Below, piece after piece: positions 27,301 through 40,900 of a stretch of 64,000 nt of DNA (position 1 is its first letter; every line of letters starts with the position of its first letter). Location: the NCBI GenBank assembly GCA_965153285.1, contig OZ229115.1, one strand, 5' to 3'. Origin of the DNA: Podarcis tiliguerta. Taxonomy: Eukaryota. A program made the position numbers and the translations under genes. The notes beneath the pieces were generated by a model that ran no database searches, was not told the origin of the DNA, and was given only the letters and a program-made list of their open reading frames with translations.

Positions 27301-30300
27301 GAAGAGCAACAACTATTATATACCACTAGTACCAAAAATATTAGAATTAAGAAAATAAAACAACACAACAGCAATCCCTTAAAATTAATTATCGGACTCT
27401 TAAATCCATTATCAGTGAAATAACTTATAAAAGAGTTATTGTGTCAGGATTGTCAGGATTCTCTCACATCTGTAGGAACTCTGGCTCCAGCCCTTCCTTC
27501 ATTTCAGTTAATACTGCTGCGTGTGGGGCATCTAACTTTACCAATAGTATAGTAAGTTCTATTTAGGGAGGGGAGCCCAGTGTGAGTAGCAAATAAGAAA
27601 GTTAGCAAAAAAAAAGGTACTACAAGAGAATCCAGTACTTTCAAAAGGAGGTGATTTTGCAGGACTAATCCATAGTTAAAACATCCGAAGTTTTGTTGGA
27701 CTACTAGTCTGTTGACTTCATTTTTGTCCTAATTTTTATATTGCCACGTTACAGTTTTGTATTTAACGATCTTACTGATACGATCTAAATGTATAGAGGC
27801 ATCATTCTTTTTAATGCTATATTTAGTAGCACTGTCCCTATCAGTTTGGTAGAGGAATGGGACAGCCTACATTACTGCACAGTAGTGATTACTGAATGGC
27901 TCTGATGCCCCTGGTATGCAGACATACTAGTTTATAAATTGAGGGGTGAAACTAAAATAGCTGAAGGACTGAGGTATGTTCAGTGGCCTCTAGGAACCAG
28001 GAGATGCTGAGAGTAATTGTGTGTAGTTGGAGTAGGAGGTGAGAAGAAAACTGGGGAGAGGTGGGTTGGCCTGCTCAAGCCCCTAACAACAACTTGTGTC
28101 CTGGAGGTGTAGATTCTGGAGGGGAATCAATAAAGCACTTGAACAGTAGGGGAAAGTTTCATCAGGGTGGGAGAGACAAAGGGTGTCCTCTTTAATTTGT
28201 CTCTCGTCTCTCTGTCCCCCACTTCAGGTTTTCTGGAATCCTGTTAGGAGCTAAGGATACGAAACAGCTTTTTGTTGCACATCCCACTCATATTTCTGTA
28301 TTTAAGAATTATTTTCCCATTGATATATGCACCTCTGTTATAAACATAAGCTTTTGTTTCTCTTCAGATTAACTAGTTGGCATCCAAGTGGCAATACTAA
28401 ACTGCTTTTCAGAACTTATGTCAGTTTCATAGTACAGTATCTGAATTTTATTCAACGAGCTGCTCCCAGTTGTTTTAGAATGGTTTTTCCCTTATCTGTG
28501 TAAAAGAAAGTTACCTCCCTGTCTGCATCTAGTGTTGCACATATCTCATTTCAGCAGCTACTTCTGCTCTAACTATTAAGTTCAAGACCAACATCCTGTC
28601 TGGGAGCACAAAACGTTATCCACAATTGGGAATATTTTACATTCATAGGAAATGCTGCATTCTGTATCTCATTATTGTAACACATTTTTAAAAAACATTT
28701 TGTTAATTAGCCATTCCTGCCATATGTGAATGTCTGCTCTTCTTTTAGAACCACTCAAGTATTTTCTGAAGTGCTTCCTTTTTCATTTTTATCATTTATC
28801 ATATATAAACCGTCTTGAAATTCTTCTCCTTAAAACTATGGATAAGCCCATAGTTTAAAGCAGTTTCTTTTTTAATACATCAATGATTCAGATGTAGGTG
28901 TGCATCCCTGTCTAGGACCATTTGTTATATGTCACTGTTGCAGGCAAATAATCTGTAGATTAGAGGCAATATGTATTAAAGCCCCTATCTGTATATTCTT
29001 GTTGCCTTTTTAAAGCTTCAAATTTGTTGCTGGTTTCATCTGTCTTTGTTCAAACTTATTTTAAAAAGTCTTGACAACTCTAGATAGGCCTTTTTCAATC
29101 CTTCCAGCTAGCAAGCCTTCACATTTTCTTCACTTTCCGGTCCATTTACAGATTCTAACACCTTTTCAGCAAGAAAATATTATTAGAGAAAAGGAAATTG
29201 TGGTTATTCTACTTGCAAATATCACTAAAAGCTATTTTGATGTTTTGAAAATAATAGTGCATTCTTTTTCCATTAGGTATAATTTCAAAGACCTGGAATA
29301 AATTACAGAATAATATATAAAATGGGATATCTCTGGATGGGAGATTCCTTAACTTCTAGTTAACTGATTTTTGACCATTAGATCCCTGCTAATTTTGTCA
29401 CGCCTGGTTTTCTTAATAGAAAATAAGGCAAGGGCATACTTAAGACTAGGCCCGTGCAGAGTAGGGGGCAGCCAGCTTCACTTGCCCCGGGCCTCAGAGG
29501 CTAAGTCGGCCACAGACCGGCTGCTTTTTTGTTTGAGTTCACAGCTTTATTCTAACAAAACTCCTGTCCTGGGCCTCAGACAAGCTCTGTGTGGGCTTGC
29601 TTAAGACCCAATATAATTATGCAACATTTAGCTTCTAATACATTAATATTTGTGGGGTTTCATTATGTAATTCATATAAATTCAACCAAGGAATCATTGA
29701 TGTGTCCTTCCATGTGGGAAAATGTGATGCTCTCGGATAGCCCTTCATTGCCCTGCTTTTCCTCCAAGCTACTTTTGACCTGCCATCCACTAAGCTTTTA
29801 GTTTCTGATCCCATCCACCCTGGGACAGAAAAAAAAAAGCTCCTCTGAAGCCTGATGTTCTATGTTCTTCTCCAGAACCTTTTCAGGATATCTGCAAAGA
29901 ACTGGAATGGATCATTGCTCCTATGGTGAGTTGGGACACCCCCTTGTACTTCAGCTGGCCAGATCTGTTTCTTACACCTTAAGAATGCAGGACCCAATTA
30001 ATAGAAAGTTTTGACTCAAAGGAAAGCTTAAAGCTTGCACGGAATAAGGAGAATAAGTAAATTACAAGAGAAAATGGAATGAGAGCAAGCACACTGCACT
30101 TTCTGTGTTCTCTTCTAATGGCCTTTGCTGTGTGCTGCTTCAAGATGCAAAAGCCAAGCCTCAACCCCAGGCACTTTTTGTTTTGCTATGGGCTGAGCCT
30201 TGTGCCTTCTCCTGTCCATGTGTTAGTCGCACAGCATACATTTCTACTGTTTCCGAATAGCCCTGTCTTCCTCTCTTTTTTGCGTCATTTCAGCACTCAG

Positions 30301-31891
30301 CAGAGTGAAACCAGCTGAGTACAGTGGTACCTCGGGTTAAGTACTTAATTCGTTCCGGAGGTCTGTTCTTAACCTGAAACTGTTCTTAATCTGAAGCACC
30401 ACTTTAGCTAACGGGGACTCCCGCTGCCGCTGCTGCTCCGCCACGCAATTTCTGTCTCATCCTGAAGCAAAGTTCTTAACCCGAGGTACTATTCTGGGTT
30501 AGCGGAGTCTGTAATCTGAAGCATCTGTAACCTGAAGCGCATGTAACCCAAGGTACCACTGTATTAGCTTGGTCGCTGGACATCCATGCATACATTGGAT
30601 TCTCTTGGAAGAGGAAGGAACTAGTTTTACCCAGTCAATACAAATGTGAATCTTCCTTGCCTATTATGAGTTGTGGACTGACCAATCGACTATTGGGAGG
30701 CAGACTATCCAGCTGCTGTTTCTAAATATGTATACATGTGCACAAAGATGTGTGAGAGATTCATGCATACAGGAAGAATGTCATGGGCATAGAATCATGA
30801 AGTAAGGCTGACCTATCTAGAGTAAGATGAAATGATTGAAACATTGCGCTAAGGAAATTACGTTTGGCAGGCATCAAGACCAAAATGGAATAACGGACTT
30901 TTGAACATTTTGCTTTAAAGAATTAGACTACCAGGATTGCATGTTTTATCTTTAAGTCTGTCAAAGGTTTTAGCTCTGACGATTTTAGCTCAAAATGATT
31001 AATATTATTATTTTTAACAATTTGGGGGCATTTGACTCAACAGCTACCTTCTGTGTGCCCTCTAAACCTGTTCTAGGGGTTTCTCCAACCCTGCAGAATG
31101 GATTTGCTCAGTGGGGAACATGCAGGAAGGGGAAAGAGAAGTTCCATTGAGCAAGAAGAAATTTGTTCACTTACAGAATGAGCTAATTGAATGCTGCTCT
31201 ATAGACATTGTGTTTAAATATAAATTGCTTGATTAATCAGGCATCTTTGATTTAGTCTCTGATTATTTTTTAATCTATTAAGCGTTGTAGCCCTAGAGAT
31301 TATTATTTTCCTCTGAAGCCACTGCCGCATGCCTAAACATTGAATTTTTTTAAAAAAGTTAACTGCACTGGCTCCCGGTAGAGTACAGGGTCAGATTTAA
31401 GGTGCTGCTTTTGACCTTTAAAGCCCTTCACAGCCTAGGACCCTCGTACCTACGGGACCGCCTCTCCCGATATGCCCCACGGAGAGCCTCAAGGTCCATA
31501 AATAGCAACACCCTAGTGGTCCCGGGCCCTAAGGAAGCTAGATTGGCTTCAACCAGAGCCCAGGGCCTTTTCAACTCTGGCTCCAGCTTGGTGGAACGCT
31601 CTGCCTCATGAGACCAGGGCCCTGCAGGATCTGATTTCTTTCCACAGGGCCTGTAAGACAGAGTTGTTCCGCCTGGCCTTTGGCTTGGAGCCAGTTTGAT
31701 TCCCTCCCTCTCTTTCTTTTTTCCTTTCCTTCTCCTCCTGCGATGAGGCTACGTTTTAATATTTTAATGTTTCAATATTTTAAAGTTTTATTTTAATTTT
31801 GTTTTTAAGTTGTAATCATTCAACTTGTTTTTATTATTGCTTGTAAGCCGCTCTGAGCCTGGCCTTGGCTGGGGAGGGCGGGGTATAAAAA

Positions 31892-31927
<36 letters not shown>

Positions 31928-34900
31928 CATACTGAATTTGATACCTCGAAATCATGTTTAAATGTGATTATTGACGTACTTCCCTTCAGTGAAATGAAGG
32001 AAATCAAAGAGGTCAGTTGCAAAAATGAGCTTCCAGCTTGGAGGGTTTATTGTTGAAGGTGAACCTTCTTGCATAACATCTCTGCTGCCTTCTGTGAGGA
32101 GCTGCAGACACTAGAAGGAAATCACAGATAAAGGCTATCTAGCAGAAAAATACCCAGCAGCAAGGCATTAACTGTTGCCTAAGCAAGATTAGTTGTTCTT
32201 ATTAGTTGAGACATATCTTTTCTAACTTTTCTCTCCTTTATGTCTCCTAGAGACAGCATTGGTTTCCTCCTTTGTTTACTGCCATCAGCGTGAGTCATCT
32301 CGCATGCTGAATGTTGATTTGCACATCCAATTTTACTCTTTAACTTGCACTCTTGTCTGACCACATCAGTTTTTGTGTTTCCATGCTTGGGAGTCCCATG
32401 ACAGTCATAACAGGCAAACCAATGTTAAATGTTTGTTTTGGGAGTAACAGAAAGGGAATTTGGGAGGATCTAGCGATACATGGAATAGCTGAAACTTGCT
32501 AGGATTTTTTTTTATTAAAATTAAGCCTAGTAGTGAATTAGTAGTGGCTTTATAACTTTTATCATAATTCTTCTGTCAGCTGTTGACAGATCTTGCTCAT
32601 GCCTTGGCTACAGCTTTGGCAGTTTTGTGTGGGAATCTAAACGTTTGTTGTTTAATTGATATTGAAAAGATTAATGAGTGCTTAAAACAACTTTCCCTCT
32701 AAGATGCCTCTTGATTTTCCTTATGCCTTTACCAATTCATCTGCCTAGTTAAGTTTCCATAATGGTAATTTAAGGCTGCAAGGCTGGCCTAAGAAGTGAT
32801 GATGATATTTAAAGCAGCAGTTCCTTCAGAAGGACATTTAGGGCACAAGGATGTCAATTTTGTACAAATGTGTACTTATGGATACTTGGCCATAACTGAC
32901 ATAATTTGTGTATAACTGATAGCATAGATCTTATTTTTAACATATTTATTATTACTTGGCTCTCTATCCAGAATATCAAACATACTTCAAATTAGACGCT
33001 GTAACAAGCTAGAAAAATACCTAACATGCTCCTGGTTTCTTCTGGGAAGCATATTGGAGGTGCTGAGTGTGCCTAGGATTGTGTATAATGAATTGCTGGG
33101 TCTGATGTAAAATAATACTGTATATCTTAAAGCTCAAGCAGATATTAACTGACTCAGGAAGGGTATCTCAGAAGCTATTACAGCATTTAACTGTTCAGGT
33201 ACTTATAAAAAATATCTGGATCAAAGGAGCACAAGGCAATTTACAGAATATCAAATGCATGGTGTAAAGAGCTTAATTGAATGGGAGTCATCGGAGGGGA
33301 TTTCAAAGGTTATAGACTTGGCAAGTGCTTGAATTCAAGGAGGGGCTAAGGCCTAATTCTCACTTAAATATCTCTTAATTTTTCTCTTGGCTTTACCACA
33401 TCATCTGCCTTGTTAAATTTCCATAACCATAAACCTATGTCACAGTTGTACCAGTTCAGAATGCACATGACTGCTTAGACTGATGCTTCTCTGTACAGAA
33501 ACTTCCCTCTGTTTAGAAAAGTAGATGTTTGGGAGACTGTGTTGCGGAAAAGCCTTCCATTATGTGCCTGTATCCTGCAGTCTGAAGTGGTGTAGAGTTG
33601 TAGAATATATGCAGGTTTATGGCCTCATTAAAATCTAGGCCTAACTATCTGGCACACTGAGAGTATAAAACACTGATCAGTTGCTTCGCTGGATAGCCTT
33701 CTAGGCAGTAGTTCCCGATTGGCTAAGTACTGTGGACCCCGTTTTTCAAAAGCCAAACCATGGACCCTCCTACTTTTGAAAGTTTTTGTATCTGTGTGAT
33801 AGTTTTTGTTATGTGGGTGGTGCCACAGACCACCTGGGTAGGTTATGCAGACTCCCAGGGGTCCAGGGACTGCCAGTTGGGAACCACTATTCTAGAAGAA
33901 TTAGGTCACATTCTTGTTGCTGGTTTCCTGTTTGCTCTGTGTACATTGCCAGGGGGTGGGTGGGGGTGGAGTGGTATTTCCTACTATACTGTGCTTACAC
34001 TTGTTTAAAAAACAAAAGATAAAACCCATAGGAATGAAAAAAGGGCCTTTTGCACATAGGGTTTTAAAAATTGCCCCCAAACCGTCTTACTGACCCAAGT
34101 GCCCTCCAACTGTTTTTGGGTTATGTAATTTACTATCCCTGATGATTGGCCATGAGATCTGGGAGTCCAAAACATATTGAGGGCACTAGATTTGGGAAAG
34201 GCAGCCCTGAAAACATTATTTTTTCTTCTTCTCATTTAGAAGCATTTTCTGAATTTCTTCATTAAAAACAAAAGGAAATATGTAAGTGGTTTGTGTCTTT
34301 CTCCAATTCCACTTGAATGCTGGTAGGGGAGGTTTCTTGCTGTAGATGAAGAATGGGTGGAGTGTCACCTGCAAAGCTCAGGTTGCTACAGCCTTAATGT
34401 TAAAATCCTATTGCTTTTGCTGCCTATAGGAAGTGGACATTGTGGTAGCTCCTTGTCGGGGATTCCAGTCAGCCGAAGTCACTTTGGGAGAATACGTGAA
34501 CCATTTCCTTCCAGTCATCACGTTTGCTATCAGTGAGGCAGAACTCTCCACGCTGGATGTGAATGAACTGCAGGAGATGAAAGAGAAATTCTCTCTGCCC
34601 GTCTTCTTTTTCAAAGTGCCAAATTTGGGTGCTGAACTGATATCCCCTCAGAATGCGGAGAATGAAAAGTCGTCCCTTTACCGGCAGCTGCTGGATTTAG
34701 GCTACCTTAGTACGAACCATTGCAGCTGTGGAGCTCCCAGCTCTGATGCCAAAGCCCAGAGCATGCTGGTGGAACAATCGGATAAGATCCGTCTTCTTAG
34801 CACTTTCTCCAGGCAGGTGCTGCAGCAGCGCTTGGTGGATGCAGCGACCGTCTTGAACCTAGTGCACTGCCGTTGCCTGGACATTTTCATCAACCAGGCC

Positions 34901-37900
34901 TTTGATATGCAACGAGACCTTCAGATCACTCCAAAGCGTCTAGAGTACACACGGAAAAAAGAGAACGAGCTGTATGAATCTCTGATGCTCATAGCTAACC
35001 GCAAACAAGAGGAGATGAAGGACATGATCATTGAGACTCTCAATAACATGAAAGAAGAACTGCTGGAAGATGCTGCTAATATGGAATTCAAAGGTAATTT
35101 CCGGAAAAACCAAAAGCCTTAAAAATGTTGTTGGACTCCAACTCCTATCAGTATTAGTCAGCATGGCCAGTGGTCAGAGATGATGAGGGGTTTAGTCCAG
35201 CAAGAACTGGAGGCTGTGGGTCAGCTACCTCTGTTTTCAACTTCTTTCACCTGCTGCATGCATGCACTTCAACTCGGAGCAAGCCGTTGTATAGTGAAAT
35301 TCTTCATCAGATTTCTCCCCCCCCCCCCCAATCTGTAAAGAATGTCAGCATAGAGTAGCGTAATGTGTTTATCTAAAATGTCAAACTTTGCAGATATTTG
35401 TATCCAAGTGAACAAGATTTGATTGTCTTAAAAGCTTGTAAACATCTCTTGAATACAGTTTTATAACTGTAATCAAAAGTGTGACCCAACCTGGGTATAA
35501 ACACTTAAAACAGCACAATTTTATATATTTCTACTCAGAGGTGAATCCTGTTGCATTCAGTGGGGCTTATTCCCAGGTACATGGTATAAGATTATATCTT
35601 GTCACTGAACTAAATTGGAAAGCCAATGCTTAGCTCCCCATTGACATCAAAGGATCAAAGTGATTAATTTATTGCAATATTTCAGAACCAATCCAGTCCA
35701 GCTAGTGAGGCTTTCATTGCACTTTAGTCATTAAATTTACTTTACACTAGTTCTGGGTGGCTGCTAATATGCTAGAATTGTGAAATTATGCTTCTTTTCA
35801 ATCTTGGATTTCCTTCTGTTCCCTCTAGATATTATAGTTCCTGAAAATGGAGAGCCTATTAGTTCCAGAGATGTTAAATGTTGCATTAAGCAAATCCAAG
35901 AACTGATAATATCACGGTTAAACCAAGCAGTTGCCAACAAGTTGATAAATTCTGTGGACTATCTGCGGGAGAGCTTTGTGGGAACTCTGGAAAGATGTCT
36001 GAAGAGTCTGGAGAAATCTCAGCAAGATGTTACAGTACATATCACAAGCAACTATCTAAAGCAGGTAAAAGTAGCACAAAATTACTGACCTGGTATTGCA
36101 GATCAGTTTCTAGAATGTTGGCTGTAGCCTGTAATCAGTGGTGACAAAGTGAATTGGTAAAATAATTTGATATCTTTTGTGTTATGGCGCCAAACAGATT
36201 TTTGCTTTAAGTTGCAATTTAAGGAAAGAATTTGAGCTCATTGCAATTCTTCCAGATTACAAATGAAGACACTTGCTTTTAAGGTATTATATTAGTTTGC
36301 TTAATCTACCAAATAAGCAATTCCTTCAGTTTTCAGTGGCTTATTTTATATATTTTCTGCTTATAGATACTGAATGCAGCCTACAATGTTGAGATCACCT
36401 TTCACTCCGGTTCAACAGTATCTAGAATGCTATGGGAACAAATCAAGCAGGTATTAAATATTCTGATAGTGAAAGCTCTCTCCTAGTAACTGTAATGGGA
36501 CCTTATCTTTGGTAGATCTGCCTTTGTCTGTACCATCCTTTGAGTCTCTCTCTCCCTCAACTGACATGTTAGCAGCCATTCCAGCAAGCTGGAATAAGCA
36601 GGGCTTATTCTATCAGCTCTGCTGAAATTCCAGCTCCATAAAGAATCTCCATTCTAGTTGGTCATTACAAGAACTACTGTTTAAGAATTGGCACATGGTT
36701 TTGCTTTTTTCCTCCTCCTTTCCTCTTCCTTTTTCCTTGCATGATGTATATTTTTATGTATGCTGGTTTGTTTTTATAAACCTGCAGGCCATCCTGTTTA
36801 AACTGACTGAATGTCAGTGGCTTTGGGAGCATTTTCAGTGAAGAATGTGGTAAAAATGCTGCAATATCACCCAGATACCCATACCACAGTTGCAAACAAA
36901 CAACTTGTATTCTCATTCGCTCATTCCCCATTATTCTGATTTTCCTATTATTTGGCCTGTATGGTGGGTGACATCTAATGATGTCTACCTGCTTGCACAG
37001 CAGAAATTTACTTACACAACTGGGTGTGCTGTTTCTATTCTTCTCTCACAACCCTCCTGTGAAGGTTTGGGGGGCACATGGCAAGTTGCTGGGGAGAGAA
37101 GAAATACCATCACATGCCCTACCTTGGGCAGGTGAAACTGAAAGTAGACTTTTTAATGCTTGAGTTTTGACAATGAGACATATGTCTTATTAGATAATAC
37201 AGCGGATTACTTGGGTGAGCCCACCAGCTATCACCACAGAGTGGAAAAGGAAAGTAGCTCAGGATGCTATTGAGAGTCTCAGCGCATCAAGGCTGGCCAA
37301 GAGCATCTGTAGCCAGTTCCGAACAAGACTCTACATTTCTCATGATGCTTTTGCAGCTTCCCTGCGACAGGTCAGTTGGATTGTTGTTCATCGCAGTTCT
37401 CTTTAGATGAAACTTAACCATTTTTCAAATAATTGGCAATTGCCTGCCTATCCTCTCTCTACTCCTTGCCACTAAAAAAAGGAAGAAGAAGCAGAAGCCA
37501 CACAGGTGCTCTGCTGTTTCTTCTGACTTCTTAAGACGGGCAAAAATGGCTATAAAAGCACTAGCAGTTCTTGTTCTATGGGACTGGAGGACCATTGGGT
37601 CATTATTGCAATTGCTTCTTCTAGGGGCATTTTAGTGGTGATAGAGGTGGAACTGTCCACACAATAGGGTTCATTCTCCAGCTCACAAAAGTGCCTGAGA
37701 ATGTGCCTTTTTTGGCGGTGTCATGTTGAGCTTTAAAGAACTAAGTAAGCTAGCTATAGTAGTGGTCTCTAAAACCTATGGAGAAGTCGAGAGTGCTGCC
37801 TTTTCTCTGCCTTCCTAGGTACTATAAACCTCTGTTGATGGGAAACTGCACCTTTTTATATAGTTTTGCTAAACTAATGAGGCAACACAAGGGCTGTGGA

Positions 37901-40900
37901 TAGCTCCGTTGGTAGAACACGAGACTCTTAATCTCAGGGTTGTGAGTTCAAGCCCCACGTTGGGCAATATATTCAAATAACGTGACCTGAAAATCTTAGG
38001 GCAGGATTCTCCTAATGAGCTCTTTACCTAACGGCTTCCACTAGTGCGATAAGGCTTTCCTCCCCAATCCTCCTGTGCATCCTTACACCCTCTGAAATTG
38101 GTTCTGCGGGGTTTGGGGAACCCACAGAACAGTGTGTGAAAGGAGGAGAGGGGGAAATTGTTTCATCTAGCAAGCCGAAATGCTTCGCAAAGGGAACATT
38201 TATCACAGCATTCCATCCATGTAGTTTATAGAGGTTTTATTCACAAGGAAAAAAATGTTATTTGCCTTTTCCCCAGAAGAGCAGCTTAGAAAGAGAATAT
38301 GTCCTAGCACATTCTCCATGGGCTATCATCACATGAATATGCAGGTGTTTGGGGCAAAAAGATTCATGCACTGCAGGGGGTTGGACTAGATGCCCCTTGT
38401 GGTCCCTTCCGGCTCTAGAATTCTGTGATTCTATAATCCATGGAAATGAATATTCTACAAAACAAACATTTAAACTGAGAACCTGTTTCATTCTTTAGCA
38501 AAGAAGAAATAGGGGAACCGGTTTTGGAAATTCAGTTCTAGGTGTGACCAGCAGGACACCAAAACCTTACTTAAATTTGGCCTTATGTTTTGTTAGCTAG
38601 AGGCTGGCCACTCGGGCAGGCTGGAGAAGACAGAAGATCTTTGGTTGAAGGTGCGAAAAGACCATGCCCCTCGGCTTGCCCGCCTCTCCCTGGAAAGCAG
38701 GTCCTTACAGGATGTTTTGTTACATGGTGAGCAGTGCCTTGTCTGCACATCTCATTTTATTGATGACTTTCCAGAATTTTCTTATGAAACAATGAGACTT
38801 GTTCTGTACTGTTCCAGACACACTGAGGGAATGAATGCTACTGGGGAGGGACATAGAAAACACGTTGACAATAAAAATTATGGGAAATCAGAAAAAAATA
38901 ATTGGCTAAAAATAAAAAGAGAAAACAAGTTAACAAGCAGGTGCTTATATTTCAGGTAAACCAAAGCTAGGCCGTGAGCTGGGCCGAGGGCAGTATGGAG
39001 TGGTGTACTTGTGCAATGCCTGGGGGGGCCACTTCCCTTGTGCCCTCAAATCTGTTGTTCCACCAGATGAGAAGCACTGGAATGACCTTGCACTTGAGTT
39101 TCACTATATGAGGTAGGTGGCATTAAGCTCTTCCGTAATGAACATACATTAACCTGGCAGCTTAACTATATTTTGTAGCAGTGGTTTGACAGAGTCCGAT
39201 GACTGACACAAAATTCCTCTCATGTATGCACAAAGGGCTATTTGGAACCACCTTAATTGAAACCATGACAATATAAAATAACAATGTTGAGTTGATACTT
39301 GTCTTCATACTCTGAAGAATTAGGTTGCCTATGTCATCCTTCTCCAATATGGCACCCTCTCGATGATTGGCTACAACTCCCATCAGCCTCAGCTAGCATG
39401 GTAAATGGCCTGGGATGAGGAAGGTTGCAGTTCAAAAACACCTAGGAAGTGCAGCAGTTGGGACTTGCTATATCTTGAAACTGCACGTTTCTATTGCGTA
39501 TCTAGCTTGCACAGTTATTCTGTTAACATGAATAGTCATTTGGAAATAATGGTGTGTGCCTTGTATGTTTTCGTAGAACAGGGGACTGGGGGAAAATGCC
39601 TTATCTCCTTAGAAGACATAAATCCATTATTCTTGACTTTTGTGCTGCATCTTTCTCCAGATCTTTACCAAAGCATGAGCGGTTGGTAGATCTTCATGGA
39701 TCAGTGATAGATTATGGGTATGGTGGAGGTTCCAGCATTGCTGTTTTACTGATAATGGAACAATTGCACAGAGACCTCTATACAGGATTAAAGGTGAGGA
39801 ATTAAAACAATTAAATGGAAAATGGACAGTGTAAATATTTGTTCATCTCTGGTAGCTTTTCATTTCTATGCACAAGTGTGCTTTTCATTATACTTGAATC
39901 AGTGGAGCTAATAAAAAGTTGCAGAGTATCCCCAACTCATAACACAAGTACTCCTCTTCACGCCTCTAGCCAGCATGGAACACAAGCCTTGCAAGACTCT
40001 AGGGTTCTTGTGGGAGGAGAGGTTTTTGCAGGCTTTTTGTTTCCTACCCACCTGAAATATTCCCCAACTGTGTTATAAAGCACTTGGGTTAGCCCTATAT
40101 TCTTATATTATAGGGTGGCGAAGACTTTAGAATTATAAAAGGCAATAGCATATTTCCTTTTGCCTCCTGAAGCCTGTGTATTGCAATGAGGAGGGGTTTA
40201 CTCATGTACCCAAACTGCCACTGTGGCTACTATAAGTTGTTAAAGGTCCAACCAAGTCAATTTTCTCTTTCCCCTGCTCCCCCAAACCATGACATCTTCA
40301 CTATTCCATAGCTCTGGAAAGCTACTAAGGATGCTCAGTCCTCTTTGGGCTGTGCTAGGTTTCCCCCCCCCCCCCTCTTTTAACTTACAAGCTAATATAC
40401 TTTTGCATTCTTTGAGTCTCTAGAGAATACAGAAGCTACTGCCTTGGGCAGTGAACTGCCTATCCATAGATAAGTTGATAAGTTTAGTATTCTAGTATGT
40501 TCTGATAATTTGGCTTTAAAATTTTGGCAGCTATGCTCCCTTCACATTGTTCCTGACTATTGGTAGTTCATATGGTCTCTTCTTCACCTCCCAACCTCAG
40601 CCCTACTACATTTTTGGTTAGCAGCAGGTAAAATCTAGGGTTGATGGTTTGATCACAAGTACAACTGTAAAGGCATTTTTTTATATTGTTATATATTTCA
40701 TTAGAGAGAGTGAGAGAGTGCACACAACACCTGATCCTGGCTACCATTGTGGGACTAGAACTGTATGCTTCAGTGGAACGGATTAACACAATAGCAGCAG
40801 AACTACTCTCTGACCCGCTTGTTTAAGGAAGAAACAATGTTAAAGGATCTGTTTTGTTGGAGTTGCTTCATCTTAGGCAAGAAGCACTGCCTAATAACCA

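Noticed and set aside
36578-36610. Two overlapping 8-bp hairpins near DSTYK exon 5
   Set aside because: Short with tiny loops, and probably a remnant of a palindromic MITE.
37891-37966. Functional tRNA-Lys(CTT) gene
   Set aside because: Acceptor stem cannot pair, D-arm and T-arm substitutions, no T-run terminator; a matching SINE tail lies downstream.
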